Positions 37,853 through 51,116 of a stretch of DNA of 64,000 nt are shown here, piece by piece; position 1 is the stretch's first letter; each line of letters opens with the position of its first letter. Both the position numbers and the translations under genes were made by a program. The notes under the pieces are model-generated. The model was not told the DNA's origin. It ran no database searches and saw only the letters and a program-made list of their open reading frames with translations. The DNA is from Camelus ferus (Eukaryota): the NCBI RefSeq assembly GCF_009834535.1, contig NC_045697.1:26910001-26974000 (forward strand), written 5' to 3'.

Positions 37853-38939
37853 TTAGGAGGACCTGTAATTGTGAAATTCCAATTACAGGTTTGGCATATA
37901 CTGAAGGGGACACTTGCAAGTCGCAGTAGTATTTCCTGAGCCCAGGCCTTGTCAGTGGGTACCCACTAGTAACGCTGTTGCCATTAAGACAGCACTCAGC
38001 AAGCCAGCTTTCTTCTGTTCCATTCTCAGGCCCACAGTACACATGCCGGGCTTCCTTCTAGGCGTGTCTGCTCTGTCTCAGTTCAAAAGAAGAAATTTTC
38101 TTGTAACTTTGAACCAGCAGTATACACATGGGCAATTCAGCGTTTTTGTAAGGTTTTCAAAGCAGGGCTGACAGACCTCTGCAGGATCTGCGCACACGCA
38201 CACACACACACAGGCAATTCTGAAAGAACCCTTAGATACACTTACCAGGGCTGACCCCTGCAAGGCAGCAGGAGGAGCAGTGACAGCCTGCTGTGGGCCA
38301 GGCATTGTGCAATGTGTCCAGGCCAGGATAAGGACCCGGCCCACTGAACAGTGGCTGTGAGAATCAGGCGTCATGGGCACTGAAACATGACTGGAATCCA
38401 TATTTTTAAGTATGGAGTTAGATACTAGGTCTGAGAATGGAACTTTTTATTTATTAAATATAAATTGATGCCATTTCCACTGACATAATGCTCTCAATAT
38501 TTACTAATTTGGTGGGATATTTAGCATGGCATTATTTATAAAAGCAAAAAAAAAAAAAAAAATCGGAAGAATCCAAATACCCATCAGTAAGAAAAGTGAT
38601 CAAGAAAATGTGGAATATTCATACGATGGGATATATTCATGATACGAAGGAATGGACTATAAATTTATCAGCACAGAGTCATGACAACAATGTAAGAATG
38701 AAAAAAGTGCAGAATATGTGCCGTATATAATTTATGTAAATTTAAAAATAGGATACCCATACATGTATATTTATATTTATAAAGTATAAAAATAGACTGA
38801 AAGAGTATACAATAAACTTATAATAATATGTCCATCTTGGGAACGAAGAGGAGAATCAGCTTGGATTTGTAGGTCGAGGGGGAATTCCAACTTTATCTGC
38901 TGTTTTATTTTTTATTTTTAAAATGTCTGTTGGGGTCTG

Positions 38940-40420
38940 TGAGATTAAAGGCAAAAGGAACTATGCTTAAATACTGTACTCTTGTCAATAAGATTGTTTC
39001 CTACAGGGATGGAGGCTAATAATTCTGATACCGCTCTCCACGTATACTGGAAATGAACCATTAAGTAAATGAATGACAGGTGGTGGGATCCGGGTTTCCC
39101 ACAGTTGGAGTCAAAATGTACACAGCAGCAGGAAGAGGCTAGAATGGTCCATGTGATAAGGGGTAGAGTTGGAGACCTTAGTTTATGGAGTGTATGGAGA
39201 ACTCATGTTTAACCTAAAAATATATTCAAGTTTATGATTAGTAACTTACTATGGAGCACAGGTGGTTACCTATGGAAGTGTTTATAGCTATGCGTATATA
39301 CACAGGTTAGTGTACACACATATCATTCTGAGAGGGCCTAAAAGAAATGACACTGCAGTGGCAACAAGCACACCTAGCACCCAGATCTTGGTTTCTAGTA
39401 TTGTTCTCCAATAAATGGAACAAAGTCTCCATGGAGAGATGGGTGATTCTGGGACTGGAGTAGGAAATACACAAGATGAGCCTGGACCATCTTGTGCCAG
39501 AAAGTAAGTAGTTTTTAAAAAATAAAAACTGCCACAATGAAGGGAGTATGTTAAAGGGACCCAGGAGTCAAGTAAAAGAGCTTCCAATGACCAAGGCTGG
39601 AATAATTTAAGTAACAAAATAAAGTAACATTAGATTATAACTCAAAATGTAAAATAAATAGCCATGAGTCCCTAGTGATATAAGTGACTGAATAAAAATA
39701 CAAAATTCTGTGCAGAACTCCAAATTATGCAGCTCATGTAAATTATGTAGACATTCTACCCTAAAGGAGGGGATTATAACTCCCACCCCTTAAGAACGGG
39801 CTGCACATAGTGATTTCCTTCCAATGCGTACAGTATGAAAGTGTGGGGTGGATGGGAGGAACAGTAGCTTACAGTAGAGAAATCCAACAAATGCTACTTC
39901 AGCCAGTTGATCGAGGTCAATGTCAACACTCATAAATTATGTTGAAAGTAAGTACCCTTTGATATGATGAAAATGGCACTTTATGATCTTCCTTCCCAAA
40001 CCCATTACTCTGGTGTAATAATGAGGAAAATATCAAGCAAATTCCAACAGGGGGAATCCTATAAAATACACAACCACTACTCCTCAAAATGATCAGGGTT
40101 ATCAAAAACAAAGAAAATCTGAGAAAATGTCACAGCCAAGAGGAGTGTAAGGAGAAATGACAACTAAATGGAATATGGCATCCTGGAACAGGAAAAACAT
40201 TACATTAAGTAAAAACTAAGGAAATCCGAATAAACTATGGGTTTTAGCTCATAAAAATGTACCAATATTAGTTCAATAATTGTAACAAATGTCCTGTACC
40301 AATATGTTAAAAATAGGGGTAACTGGGGGAGAGGGTGGTATATGGGAATTTCCAATGCTCTCTGCCAGATTCTTCTGTAAGTCTAAACTGTTCTGAAAAA
40401 TAGTCTATTAATTTTTTTTA
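38940..40420 (+). mobile_element. Older L1 (L1MC/L1MD-type) long 3' UTR
   Basis: Recalled L1MC/MD 3' UTR motifs (cacctagcacccagatcttggtttcta, gggctgcacatagtgatttccttcca, aaactaaggaaatc.gaataaactatgg, ctgtaagtctaaactgttct); subfamily uncertain. Confidence 0.75.
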
Positions 40421-41239
40421 AATCTCTTGAAAATATGACCAAAAGTTGAGTTGTGAAGCTGGGCTGTGGGGACATAGTTATTTTATGCTTTGTGTGTTTC
40501 TCTATTGTTTTCTAACTTCTCAGAATTAGAAAAATAGAAACTTGAGCAGAATTCTGACCCACACATTATGTGAGTTAGTAATTATGGTGGGCAATTTCAC
40601 TCAGTTTTGTTTATATTAACACTGGTAAATTAAGACTTAAAGAATAAAGCCAGGGTAGAAGCTAAAAATTACTGAATTTATTTGTACCCAAATCTCTGTG
40701 TAAATAGTAGGATGGATTTCTAAAAGTGGAATGCTACACCTCTTGCCAAATCACATTCTCAGCAAGGTTCTACCCATTTTCACTGGGTCTGTGTCTGGGA
40801 GCGCCCATTTCCTTGTTGCCTAGACACCATGAGGTGTTTTTCCCTCCATTGGTTTGATAAGCAAAAAGATATCTGATCATGTATTTTCCTTCGCAGTTCT
40901 ATGATTGTTTGTAGAGCTGAGAATTATCTTTTATGCTTATTGGTATTTGTTCTTCTGATTCTATGAATTACCTGCTCACGTCCTTTGTCCATTTTTTTCA
41001 TTCCTTTTTAAATGCTCTGTACAAATGTTTTGAATATTATCACTCTTTCCTCTCTGGACTTCTATGACACCATTCAAATCTTTCTCCTCCTGCTTCTGTG
41101 CCCACATAAAGATTGGTTATCCTCAGCCCTATTCTCTTTCCACTCTGTAATTCCTCTTTGAACTATCTAATCCATACAGATATCCGGCTGCTCTCCCAGA
41201 ATGCAAGCTCAGAAAAAGTAGGAACCATGACTGTCTTGT

Positions 41240-41345
41240 TAGTGTCACCAACTGTCCTGTCTTGCCTGGGAATGAGGGAGCTCCTGGAACTTTCAGTGCT
41301 CAAACTGGGACAGCCCTGAGCAAACCAAAGTGGTTGGCTACCCTG
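41240..41345 (-). mobile_element. MER81 (hAT-Blackjack) inserted in an L2 remnant
   Basis: Inverted ends tagtgtcaccaactgtcc ... ggttggctaccctg and core actttcagtgctcaaactgggacagccc. Confidence 0.75.
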
Positions 41346-41840
41346 CAAGTCAGGTGCTTAATAAATATTTGTTGAATGAAAGCATGCTGTTTTCCAGGAC
41401 TGCTTTTCCAGCCAGATTACTCTTTTGACTTACAGATCCACGTTTCTAACTGCTTCAAGGGCAGCACCACTTAAATAACAGCATCTCACTTCTAGTATGT
41501 CCAAAACTGTCCCCCCCCCCCTTAAAGAACAAACAAGCAAAACATCAACCACCCCTGCTGTTTTGTATTTACTTTCGTGATGAATTTTTTCTCTAGCATT
41601 TTAAAATTTCAGTAATCCTTCCACATTTCTCAGTTCTCAGTTTTATAAGGCAACTGTTCAGGGTTAGAGTTGTAATCTGTGCTTTGAAATGATGTAAATT
41701 AACTATAAGCTCCAGAATGGTTCCATTCCCTTCAGTTCTATTACCCAATCCTTTTTACCCTTTTGGTTGCCTCATTTGCTCTGATGTTTCTACTGAATGC
41801 TCAACTTAGATAAAAGAGTAAAATAAGGCAAGCTTGAAAT

Positions 41841-41996
41841 TGTAAAAAAAAAAAAAAAAAAGAAGGTGAGTTTATTCAGGAATGTGCAATTTGGGACACA
41901 CAGACCGTAGCAAGCTACAGGTGAGTCCACTGAGGGTCTGAGGGAGGCTGTCTTTATGGGCAGGGAATGTAAAGAGGGGAGAGTTGAGTGAGAGTC
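41841..41996 (-). mobile_element. 3' half of an ERV1-class LTR
   Basis: Minus strand reads cataaagacagcctccctcagaccctcagtggactcacctgtagcttgc...tcccaaattgcacattcctgAATAAA...T-tract...CA. Confidence 0.6.
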
Positions 41997-42237
41997 TGTT
42001 AAAGCCAAGAAACAAACAAAGACCAGCTTTGAAAATTCCCCAAGCAGACAAAACCAGTCCAGTCATGCAAACAAAGCTCAATTCAGCTTATTTCGTGAGA
42101 CCAACCCAACCTGGGTCATTTCTTGTTCCTGCCTCGGAAAACCCTAAGCCTAATTTCCCAAGGCTGATACAAGGTAATCCCTGACCAATTCCCTATCATT
42201 CAGGAAAATTCCAATATTAGCAATTTTCTGTAAAATC
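41997..42237 (+). mobile_element. 5' half of an ERV1-class LTR
   Basis: Starts tgttaaagccaagaaac; LTR U3-like content (gcagacaaaaccag, cctgggtcatttcttg, tgaccaattccct); no R/U5 follows. Confidence 0.55.
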
Positions 42238-42749
42238 AGGCTTTTACAGGAAATCAGTCTTTCACTCCTTACATTTTGTTTTCCTAAGGGCATGTGTGTG
42301 AGATTTTTCACTTTATATCCTCTGGTTCCATTTTAGATTGAAATTCTTTCACAGAATAATAGTTGTGTTCATTTTCCAGGTAATAAAACTTTGTTGCAGA
42401 GAAAAGCACATTGCCGTAAGTAAGAAATCGCAGAATTGCCATTGATATAAGTAATTATTATTGATATCAGTTAAGTTCCATGGTGGGCTTCAGTATGTAA
42501 ATTTAATAACCATAGTTAAATCATAAATAACATTTTTAAGAAAAAAGTAAAATTATAATTTTATATGCACTGAGATTCTCAAAGAAACTAGATCAGAGCA
42601 TTAACTTAGTAACTCTGTTGTATAGGAAATGAAATTGGCAAGTCACTTCATCTATGACTTTACCCCCTCAATACATTTTATGATGAATTGCCAAAGACAC
42701 CAGCTAATTACGTCAACAAAAACTACTTCATTTTGTTCATCTTTATGCT

Positions 42750-43106
42750 TGTTTTAGTCAGCTCAGGCTGCCATAACAAAATACCATAGAATGGGTGGCT
42801 TAAACAACAGAAATCTGTTTTCTCACAGTTCCGGAGTTCGGAAGTCCGAGATCAAGGTGCCAGCAGGGTCAGGCTCTGGTGAGGATTCTCTTCTTGAAGA
42901 CAGCTGCCTTCTCTCCGTATCCTCATTTGGCAAAAGGACCTCTGACATCACTTCCTCCTCTTATGAGGGCACCAGTTCTGTGGGATTGGCTCCACCCTTA
43001 TAATCTCATTTAACCTTAACCACCTCCTTAAAGGTCCCATCTCATTCACTGGTGGGTTAGATCATCTACATATGAATCTGGAGGGGACACATGTAGTTCA
43101 TAGTCA
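42750..43106 (-). mobile_element. MaLR solo LTR (MLT1A/MLT1A0-like)
   Basis: tgttttagtcagctcaggctgccataacaaaataccata...ggcttaaacaacagaaat...tctcacagttc.ggag...gaagtccgagatcaaggtgccagcagg...ggggacac. Confidence 0.88.
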
Positions 43107-44245
43107 CACGGTTCTTCTTTTTCAGAAGAGTTGAATTTCAATAACTCAATTCTTACAAACCTGGTGATTAACACACCAATAACAATACACATTGCTTCAT
43201 TTAAAAATTTTCTATTTTATGTGTGGGTTGTCAGCTCCCCGTGAAGCCTGTGTTCTCTCTAAAGGTTAACTCCACACATCTGTTGCCTTTGTGCCAGCCA
43301 ACTAGGTTAACCCAGGTTAATTCTTTTAAGCCTCTTTTTCTCCACCCCTGGAGAGTGGAGGAGTTTGTTCTTCCCTGATCATGTATTTTCTCACCTTCCT
43401 ACCACCTGTAAACAACTATCTACCCCTTGTTTTCTTCCTTTCTATCTTGTTTCTCTTTCTTCAATCAAGAGATGTTTCTTTCCCGTCTCTGTCTACCCAG
43501 CTGGACTTCTCAGTGTTCATTTCTATCACATGTGTGCAGGTTTGAGTGCGCTGAGGAGGTATGTCTCTCTGTAACTGTGTTTAGGGAAAGTAGTGGTGCC
43601 TTATTTATTGCCAAGTGCTTGCATTTCAGAGTGCTTCCACCTAGAGTAACTGACTCTCACAAGAAACCAGAGTAGATGAGTGACCAGGTAAGTATAGAAG
43701 GATAAAATATTATCTCCATTTGCAGATGCAAAAGCTGAGGCTCAGAGAGGTTGAGGTCACTTCTAACATTTTGCCTTTTTCCAACCTCAAAATATTTTTA
43801 AAATTTATCTGTGGATTATTTGTATGCATTAATAGATCTCTTTGTCTACAGACCCTATTACAGAAACTCATGTCTGTAGCATGTGAAGCACAGGCTCACT
43901 ATGTACCAATTGTGAGAGTGGATATTTTTTGCTCATAGACAGAGCAGTCATTACATACTGTCAAATCCATCATGGGCACCTGGATAATTGCTTTGACATG
44001 AAAAACGCTAAACTTTATGTGCTAAGTATATCTGCTAACATCCAATCTTGGCAACCATGTACGCAAGACAGGTCTCTAATGACTAAGAGTTAAACAGTTT
44101 TCTGAAAATATTACCCTTACATTTGCTGGAGCCAAACATATGCCTTTTTAAAGCTCTTATGTAGATCATCTTTAGTATGGACAGTATGTAGTTCTAACAA
44201 ATAATCCTTTAGTTATTTGTTATTCTTATTTCCCAATTCATCACC

Positions 44246-44749
44246 TGTATTAGCTATAGTTCTCCAGAGAAACAGAACCAATAGGAGATTATATATAAAG
44301 GATGTATTTATGTATGTATTTATGATTTATTTTAAGAATTATCTCATATGATCATGGAGACCAAGAAGTCCCACGACGTGCCCTCTTTAAGCTAGAGACC
44401 CAGGGAAGCCAGCAGTGCAGTTCCAGCCTGAGGCCAAAGGCCTGAGACCTAGTAGTGCCAGTGGTGTAAGTCCTAGTCCAAGTGCAGGACGAGACCAAGG
44501 TCCCAGCTCACACAGTCAGGCAAGAGAGTGTCTTTTCCCCTTCCTCCACCTTTTTGTTCTATTCAGGCCCTCAGTGAATTGGATGATGTCCACCCACATT
44601 GGAGAAGGCAATCTGCTGTACTTGGTCTGCTGATTCAAATGCCAGTCTCATCCAGAACTGTCCTCACAGACACACCCAGAAATAATGTTTAGCCAAGTAC
44701 CTGGGCACCCATGGTTTAGTCAAGTTGACACGTAAAAGTGACCATCACA
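44246..44749 (-). mobile_element. MLT2B-type (ERVL) solo LTR
   Basis: tgtattag...ttctccagagaaacagaaccaatagga ... agtcaagttgacacgtaaaagtgaccatcaca; 5-bp TSD tcacc/tcccc. Confidence 0.9.
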
Positions 44750-45120
44750 TCCCCTTTCTTCATTTACTTTTGCTTCTTGTGACACATTAAACTTAAAGTT
44801 TGAGTAATTTCATTGCAATCCACCTCTAAATAAAGTCCCTTATATTGTGCTTATATTGAAAAAATGTGAAAGTCAGTTGTGAAGGTGTTTCTCGACTTTG
44901 GAAAAACATTGAGAAAATAACGTTCAGTGTGTGAAGCAGGTTCACCTGAGTCTTGGGATGGTTTGGTTGGTCCCACTCTACACCAGAGCACTGCCTCTAC
45001 AGGTTGGCTGTGAGCTCCAGGGAATACACCACAACCATCTTTGTCTCTCCACCCAATGCCAGATAAAAACAATGCCAACAACCAGGGTCCTGGCATTGAA
45101 CATCCTGCAATCCTTGTGCA

Positions 45121-45139
45121 TAGTGCCCCCTGGAGGTGT
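45121..45139 (-). promoter_or_regulatory. Candidate CTCF site
   Basis: Minus strand acaCCTCCAGGGGGCACTA is close to the CTCF consensus TGGCCACCAGGGGGCGCTA. Confidence 0.5.
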
Positions 45140-46092
45140 GCAGTGCATGGTGACACAGCCATGGGCACTGGCTGGAAGAACCATCACCAGCAAAGAAGCC
45201 ATCTGCAAGCACTCGCAGGAGGGGGCACAGCACACCAACTAGATGAAGTAGAAAGAATGAGGCCATTGAAAGCCCCATTTTCAAGTGCTAGTATCTCCAT
45301 GTCTCCTTAGAGAAGTGGTCTTGGGCAAGCCAGTTGAGGTCTGTGAGCTCTGGTGTCTTTTTCTGCCTCTCCCCACTTCACAGAATCATGAACGTTAAAT
45401 GAGATCACCTACGAGGGAGTGCTGTATATGTGAGTATGGATTTTATTTTAATAAATAAAAGGGAAACATAGGAAGAAAGGAATAGTCCCACCTGCCTTGT
45501 GCTAGTGACTGGATCGGAGGGAACAGGGCATTTACAAAGTTGGTGCTTCGGCTTGTGATAGCACCAATGGGAGGAGAAATCTCTCCTTTCCCTTCCAGCT
45601 GCTCCCCATGAGTGGTGCCTCAGAAGCAGCAGCCCATGGAGCTCCTGCCCACCTGTCTACAAGCGATAGCATCCATAACTCCAAAAGACTGCTCAAACCT
45701 GTGACATCCCACAGCAGAATAAAGGCAGAGACATACAGAGCTCACCAACACCATCAAGAATATGTCAGTCCCTCTGTTCTGTTTGCTGCAATAAAAACTG
45801 CATACCATCAGACGCAGACCCCAAAGATTTTCAACTGTAAGCCCAGGCAGAACTAACTGCGCATGAAGGGCTAGGGGCAGTCGGGTGGAGGGCAGGGGGA
45901 AGAATCAGTGCTTGTGCAAAGGAAAAGAAAAATCAATTGAGGGGAAAGAAAATGTTGTCTCTAAGCCTTTGAAAGCAGTGGCTTGGATGTATCGATATCA
46001 GCATATAAAGAAGGAATGGATGATAGAGTAGAGAATCATTTTACATTTAAGTTCTCAGTTATAAGGAAATCAATAGTTCAGAAAGTATTTCC

Positions 46093-46216
46093 TTTTTTAA
46101 AATTGAAGTGAAATTCACATAACATAAAAATTAACCAGTTTAAAGTGAACAATTCCGTGGCATCAGTACATTCACTATGTTGTGCAAACGCCGCCTCAAT
46201 CTGGTTCCAAAGCATC
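46093..46216 (-). mobile_element. L1MB-like 3' end fragment
   Basis: ttgaagtgaaattcacataacataaaa.ttaacc...aacaattccgtggcat...tgttgtgcaa; loose TSD gaaagtatttcctt / gaaatatttctt. Confidence 0.75.
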
Positions 46217-49200
46217 TGGAAATATTTCTTATACTAGAATTTTATACATAAAAACTACAGTTAAAACATTAGAAAATCTTCTTAGACTTTTCAATCATTT
46301 GGATTTAACTCCCAGATTGTATTTGAGCACTCAGTAGGGTTGTGGCTTCCTGCCTAACTAATGTTATGTATTTTTAGTGTTGCAGAATGGGCCAATTTAA
46401 ATGTTTTCACATTTGATGAGGTGGGTGGGAGAGGTGATTACGGATTTCTATGGACAGGAGACATTCCATATGTTTATGTTCATATATGTATTGATAATGT
46501 TTAAACAATTCAATGAAAAGTTGAAAATTATTTCAGACACATGCATTTCTTCCATACAGGGTCACACATACAGACTGACCAATGGTATATAACTAATAAA
46601 CATGGACCAATGCAAAACTGAATATAGTTCCTCAACTCTCCACCAAAGTTCTCCAAAAAACTGGCAGAGTTGGTTTAACCAAACATAAAATGAGCTTTTT
46701 GAATATGGGTGTCAGAAGGATGTGGAACATCTGATTCTTCTTCAGTTATGGGAATGAATATTTTACTGACAGTGAACAGAAAAGGATGCTCTTTGCACAT
46801 GGTTTCTGAAGCTGCCCCAGGGTCATTCACATACACTCCCCATGGCTACAGGGCTAAGGAACAGTCTGATTAGGAAACCTTTTATCTTGCCACCTCCACT
46901 TTAACCGCTAACCTCTCAGACTTGGTCCTGCATCTCTACTCCTGCTCTGAGCCACTGACCACAGGAGCTGAACTTTGCAATTGAGCTGGACTTAATCTTC
47001 CTCTAAGTTGACTATTGCCAGCCCTGTTACATATAGGCATGCTTTTGTGTCACCTTATAATTATAACCACATAGAACCCCAAAAGGTCTTCCTGAAAAAT
47101 ACGGTAGCAAACTTCTCTTTAGCTGATTCTCTTCTTGCTATTTCTCAAATAGTGAGACAAGACTAAGGCAGAATTCTATTTTGGACTCCTGAAAGGTAAC
47201 TGCTTCATGATTTATGAACATTCCACCCGAAGGAAGAATCAATAGAGAGAAGGAAAAGGCTTGGGGAGAACAATCCAATACGTAACTTTAAGCCTGGCTC
47301 ACATTTTCACTTTTCTGAAGCTCTACATTGTCTCTTTATATATAGTAAGCGCTCGATATAATTTGTTTTTTGAATTGCATGAGGAATTTTTTTCTTCTTT
47401 AGTTATCTCTAAGGAACATTTTGCCTTACTATATTGATCAAATAATTATAGTATTTGGTGCCAGCTGTTCAACTCAAATAATTATTTCTAAATAGCCTTC
47501 GATTTTTGTAATGAACTGCCATGTTCCCTGCCCTGCCTCTTCAGTGCTTGCTAACCATTCTTCATGAGACCACAAATGCATTGCCCCTATCAAGTGGTCC
47601 TCAAATTCTAGACTCATTTGTCTGCATTTTTAATTCCAGATTCCTGGGCTCCCCAAGCACAGTGGTCCTCAGGTCTGAGACCTATGTTTTAACAAACACC
47701 GTGGGTGATCCAGGTGCCTCATGGAGCACATTTCAGAAACTGTCCCATAGATTTGAGCCCACCCGAGACTCTGAGACCAGCCTTATTTAGAGCAGAGTGG
47801 TGATGGAGAATCAACAATAAATTGCTAATACTGTGATGCTGGTCCTTCCCTGGGACGTGGTCTTGTTTCACTAGTCACTGTTTTGTCTTCTTTCCCCCTT
47901 CATGCTCAAAATCCAGCTGGTCTTGCCCTGGATCTTGGTTGCTGGGTCCATCATATTCCTGGGCTTTGTTGGCTGCTGGATGAAGAATTGTCAATTACTA
48001 AATCCCATATTTAATATCCTGCCTGTTCACCAAGTCTTCCATCCAATGGCCAAACTCCACTATTTGTCTTTTTGGATTCCTCTCAAAAGTCCTAATTCTA
48101 CCTCTTAGAAATCATCTTACTCCCTTCCTTGCCCAGGTGGGTTTGCTGGATGACTCTTCCCAGCACTAAAACCTCACTCATCATGACAGAGCCTGACTAA
48201 GGATGCTGACTACCCTTATCCAGAATTAACCAAGAGGAGTAGGATACTCACCAGGCTCGCTACCCTTAAATAGATCATCTCCCTTTGTGTCTGTGGTAGA
48301 GTGAGAGGTCGTGCCTGCTCATTATCGAAGTTTAACATAAGAGATTTTAGAAGAGAAATTGTTAGGGGAAAACAATTCAAAATAATATTATTTTTGTTGC
48401 ACTGAGCCTGTTTGCAAGAATAGCCCAGAACAAATGCAGATTAAAATAAAAGTGCTTATAATTGCTTTTAGGCTGATACACTGGGTTTGAGTTAGAACAT
48501 CCTTATCTCGAAGAGTCCTCCATAAACCCTTGTTTACTTTGCTGAAATAATGGAGACCAATGACGTGGAGTCCCTTCATTCAAGCCCCTTCCAAAGTGAC
48601 TTATGCAGCCCAAGAGAACAAACAGGTGTATCTCCTTCCTGCCTGGTCTCTGAGGCTAGTACTGAGGAGACCTGAGCCTGGAACAGTGAGTTCAGTTAGC
48701 CACAGTCACCTTCAGTAAGCAGCTGAATGAGATGAATTATGTCCCAAGGAGACAGAGGGGGCCTGGCCCAACCAGGGATGTGTTTAGACAGTACCTGCTA
48801 AGAGACTATGGGCTCAAGTGAAGGTTGCTGACAAAATTGGTACTTTCCCAAATTGTTACTTTACCTGCTGAGAGCTGAAATATTATCTTTGAACACAAGC
48901 AGACATTTCAAACAAAGAAAGGATTTCTTTCTCTGTCTTGGTCTATTCATTTATTTAACAAATATCGGGTTTTTTAAAAAAATATATATTTTCTATGTGC
49001 TAGGAGTAAAAAGCTCTGCCCTCTGCCCTCATGGGGTAGTGGAGTTTAGGTCATGAATTTTAGAAATATGTCTACCAAGAACTTTTATTTTCCCACCTGC
49101 CAGCATGAGATGAAAAGAATGCTGGGGTTGCAGAGGTAGAAACAAGTGCCTGTGAGGAAGCCAAACCACAGTTCACCTTCCAATGGATAGACCAGGCTGG

Positions 49201-49409
49201 AAGTTTATGGCAATGGTGCTAGTCAACAGGAGGAAAGGATGAGGACGCCCACCAATTAAACAGAAATTCTCCCGTGGAGACTGCAAAGCAGACAAACTTG
49301 CCTTGGACAGGATAGATCTGTGCTAGAGTTCTTTCTGTTCCTTCCTTATTTTTACTAGATAAGGCGTTGAAGATTAATTGAAATACCAGGTGCTCTATAA
49401 GCTAATTTT

Positions 49410-49591
49410 TTTGTCAGCTTAAGCCAGCAGCTCAGGAACCTGGAGGGCTTGCTAAAACATAGATTGCTCAGCTCTATGCCCAGAGTTTCTGACTCAGAAC
49501 GTCTGGGATGGGCCCATAGGACTTGCATGCCTAACAAGTTCCCGGGTGATGAGGATGCTCCTGCTCTGAGGACCACACTTTGAGAACCATA
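49410..49591 (-). mobile_element. MER5A
   Basis: cctggagggcttgctaaaacatagattgct...cccagagtttctgactcag...ctaacaagttcccgggtgat...gaggaccacactttgagaacca. Confidence 0.85.
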
Positions 49592-49659
49592 GGTGTAAGC
49601 AAACACTTAGAGGAGACTTGAAAGTGTTGTTCCACAAAGAAGTACAGACAGCAGCACTA

Positions 49660-50400
49660 GGTTTAAAATTTTTTAATACCTGTTGTTTTTCTCACTGCAA
49701 AATAATACACATGTATTGAAAAAAAATTGTTTTAATAAAAAAGCAATGAATTCATAAAACCAAAGTAAATTTAAAACCATCCACTGAAAGATAGCCATTA
49801 GTAACCCTGCTGTGTATTTTTATAAAATCTCTATGTGTATATGTTATGTTTATGTCTACACATATACATATATCTTTCTCATATATATATAAAATGTATA
49901 TACAACATTGGATTCATCTTATACATCTTTTGTAACTTAACCTTTTCACTTAATAATATATTATAAACATCTTTCTACATCAATACAGTTGTAGAACATA
50001 ATTTGGTACATCCTTTGAATAGAGGTACCAAAATATATTTATATGTATTTAAATGTTCCCATTTGCTGGACACATAGGTTTAACTCTTTCCTGGTAAAAC
50101 AGGTTCAGAATAAATATGCTGTTAAGTCTTTCTGTATATCTTTAATTATTTTCTAAAGACAGATTCCCAGAAGAAAAATGGCGAAGTCAAAACTCATGTA
50201 TTTTAAAGCTTTGAATACATATTGCCAGAATACCCTTCAAAAAAACATTGGATCAGTTTACACACTTATCAGCACTACAGAGGTGTTTTCTTACACGACA
50301 CTGAGCACGTGTTTTCCTTCGCCAGTTCAACAGGGAGAAAATGATATCTTGTTTATATTTTGAATTTTTTCCAGTTACCAGTGGATTTATAGTCACATAA
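49660..50400 (-). mobile_element. Ancient L1ME-like fragment
   Basis: Degenerate antisense L1 3' motifs (cttttcacttaataatatattataaacatctttc, agattcccagaag, tttgaatacatattgccagaatacccttc). Confidence 0.55.
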
Positions 50401-50912
50401 CATTCCATGATTTCATACTTCTTTCATTTGTAGCTGTGTAAATCTGGGGCTTAGAATCATACTGTAAACTCTTTATAAAGCAATTCTTTTGCTTGCGAGT
50501 ATCCGTGTTTGATATTTCAAAGAGTCCAGCACATCATCTTTCTTTGTCAAGAACAAACAAAAAAAATCTCAAAATAGACAATTTTTGTTATAGTATATAA
50601 ACTCTGTGAAAACAACTTCGCTACAAAATTTTGTATTTGGGGTTTGTCTGATATGATTTGCAATCTCAATTCTTAGTATGTAAATTTATTATAATTTATA
50701 ATTATAAATTATAAATGCAGTATAAATGGTCTAATTTTACTTATGAAATAATCCATGGGAAAAAAGTATCCACTATGATTAAAAGAGGCAATTGATGGAA
50801 CAATGTATCTTGTTATCTATCTGTTAATATTTATTGAGTGGCCATATGATGTGAGTACTGAAATGAACTTTCTTGGTGATACACTAAACTGAAATTTCTT
50901 GTTGATACACAG

Positions 50913-51116
50913 GGACTATTAGGTGAAAAATATGGGAACATCCGAATCCCTGGAGAAGTTGAAGCCTCAGAGTTTGAGATGATTTTGGATGCTGCCATAG
51001 AGGCGAAGCTGGAAACCAAGTTACTGGAAGAGTGGTACTGTCGAGATGAGAACTCGGTGCCTGCAGCTTATTACCTCAGACCCAAATCGGAAATGCTGAA
51101 AAGCAATAAAAATGCA
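50913..51116 (+). CDS. NWD2: NWD2 internal coding exon (equivalent to human exon 4), 204 bp, phase 0/0: GLLGEKYGNIRIPGEVEASEFEMILDAAIEAKLETKLLEEWYCRDENSVPAAYYLRPKSEMLKSNKNA
   Basis: Acceptor acacag|GGA and donor GCA|gtacgt; open frame of 68 codons; peptide recognised as the NWD2 N-terminal region; not in the ORF track because it has no upstream start codon. Confidence 0.95.

Larger units (their letters stand above)
1..50912 (+). other. NWD2: Distal part of the large NWD2 intron preceding the 204-bp exon (human intron 3 equivalent)
   Basis: No upstream NWD2 exon peptide found; repeat-rich and CpG-depleted; ends at the AG acceptor 50911-50912. Confidence 0.8.

Noticed and set aside
44851..45310. 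Five overlapping ORFs on both strands
   Set aside because: No coherent protein signal or splice context; local stop-codon scarcity only.
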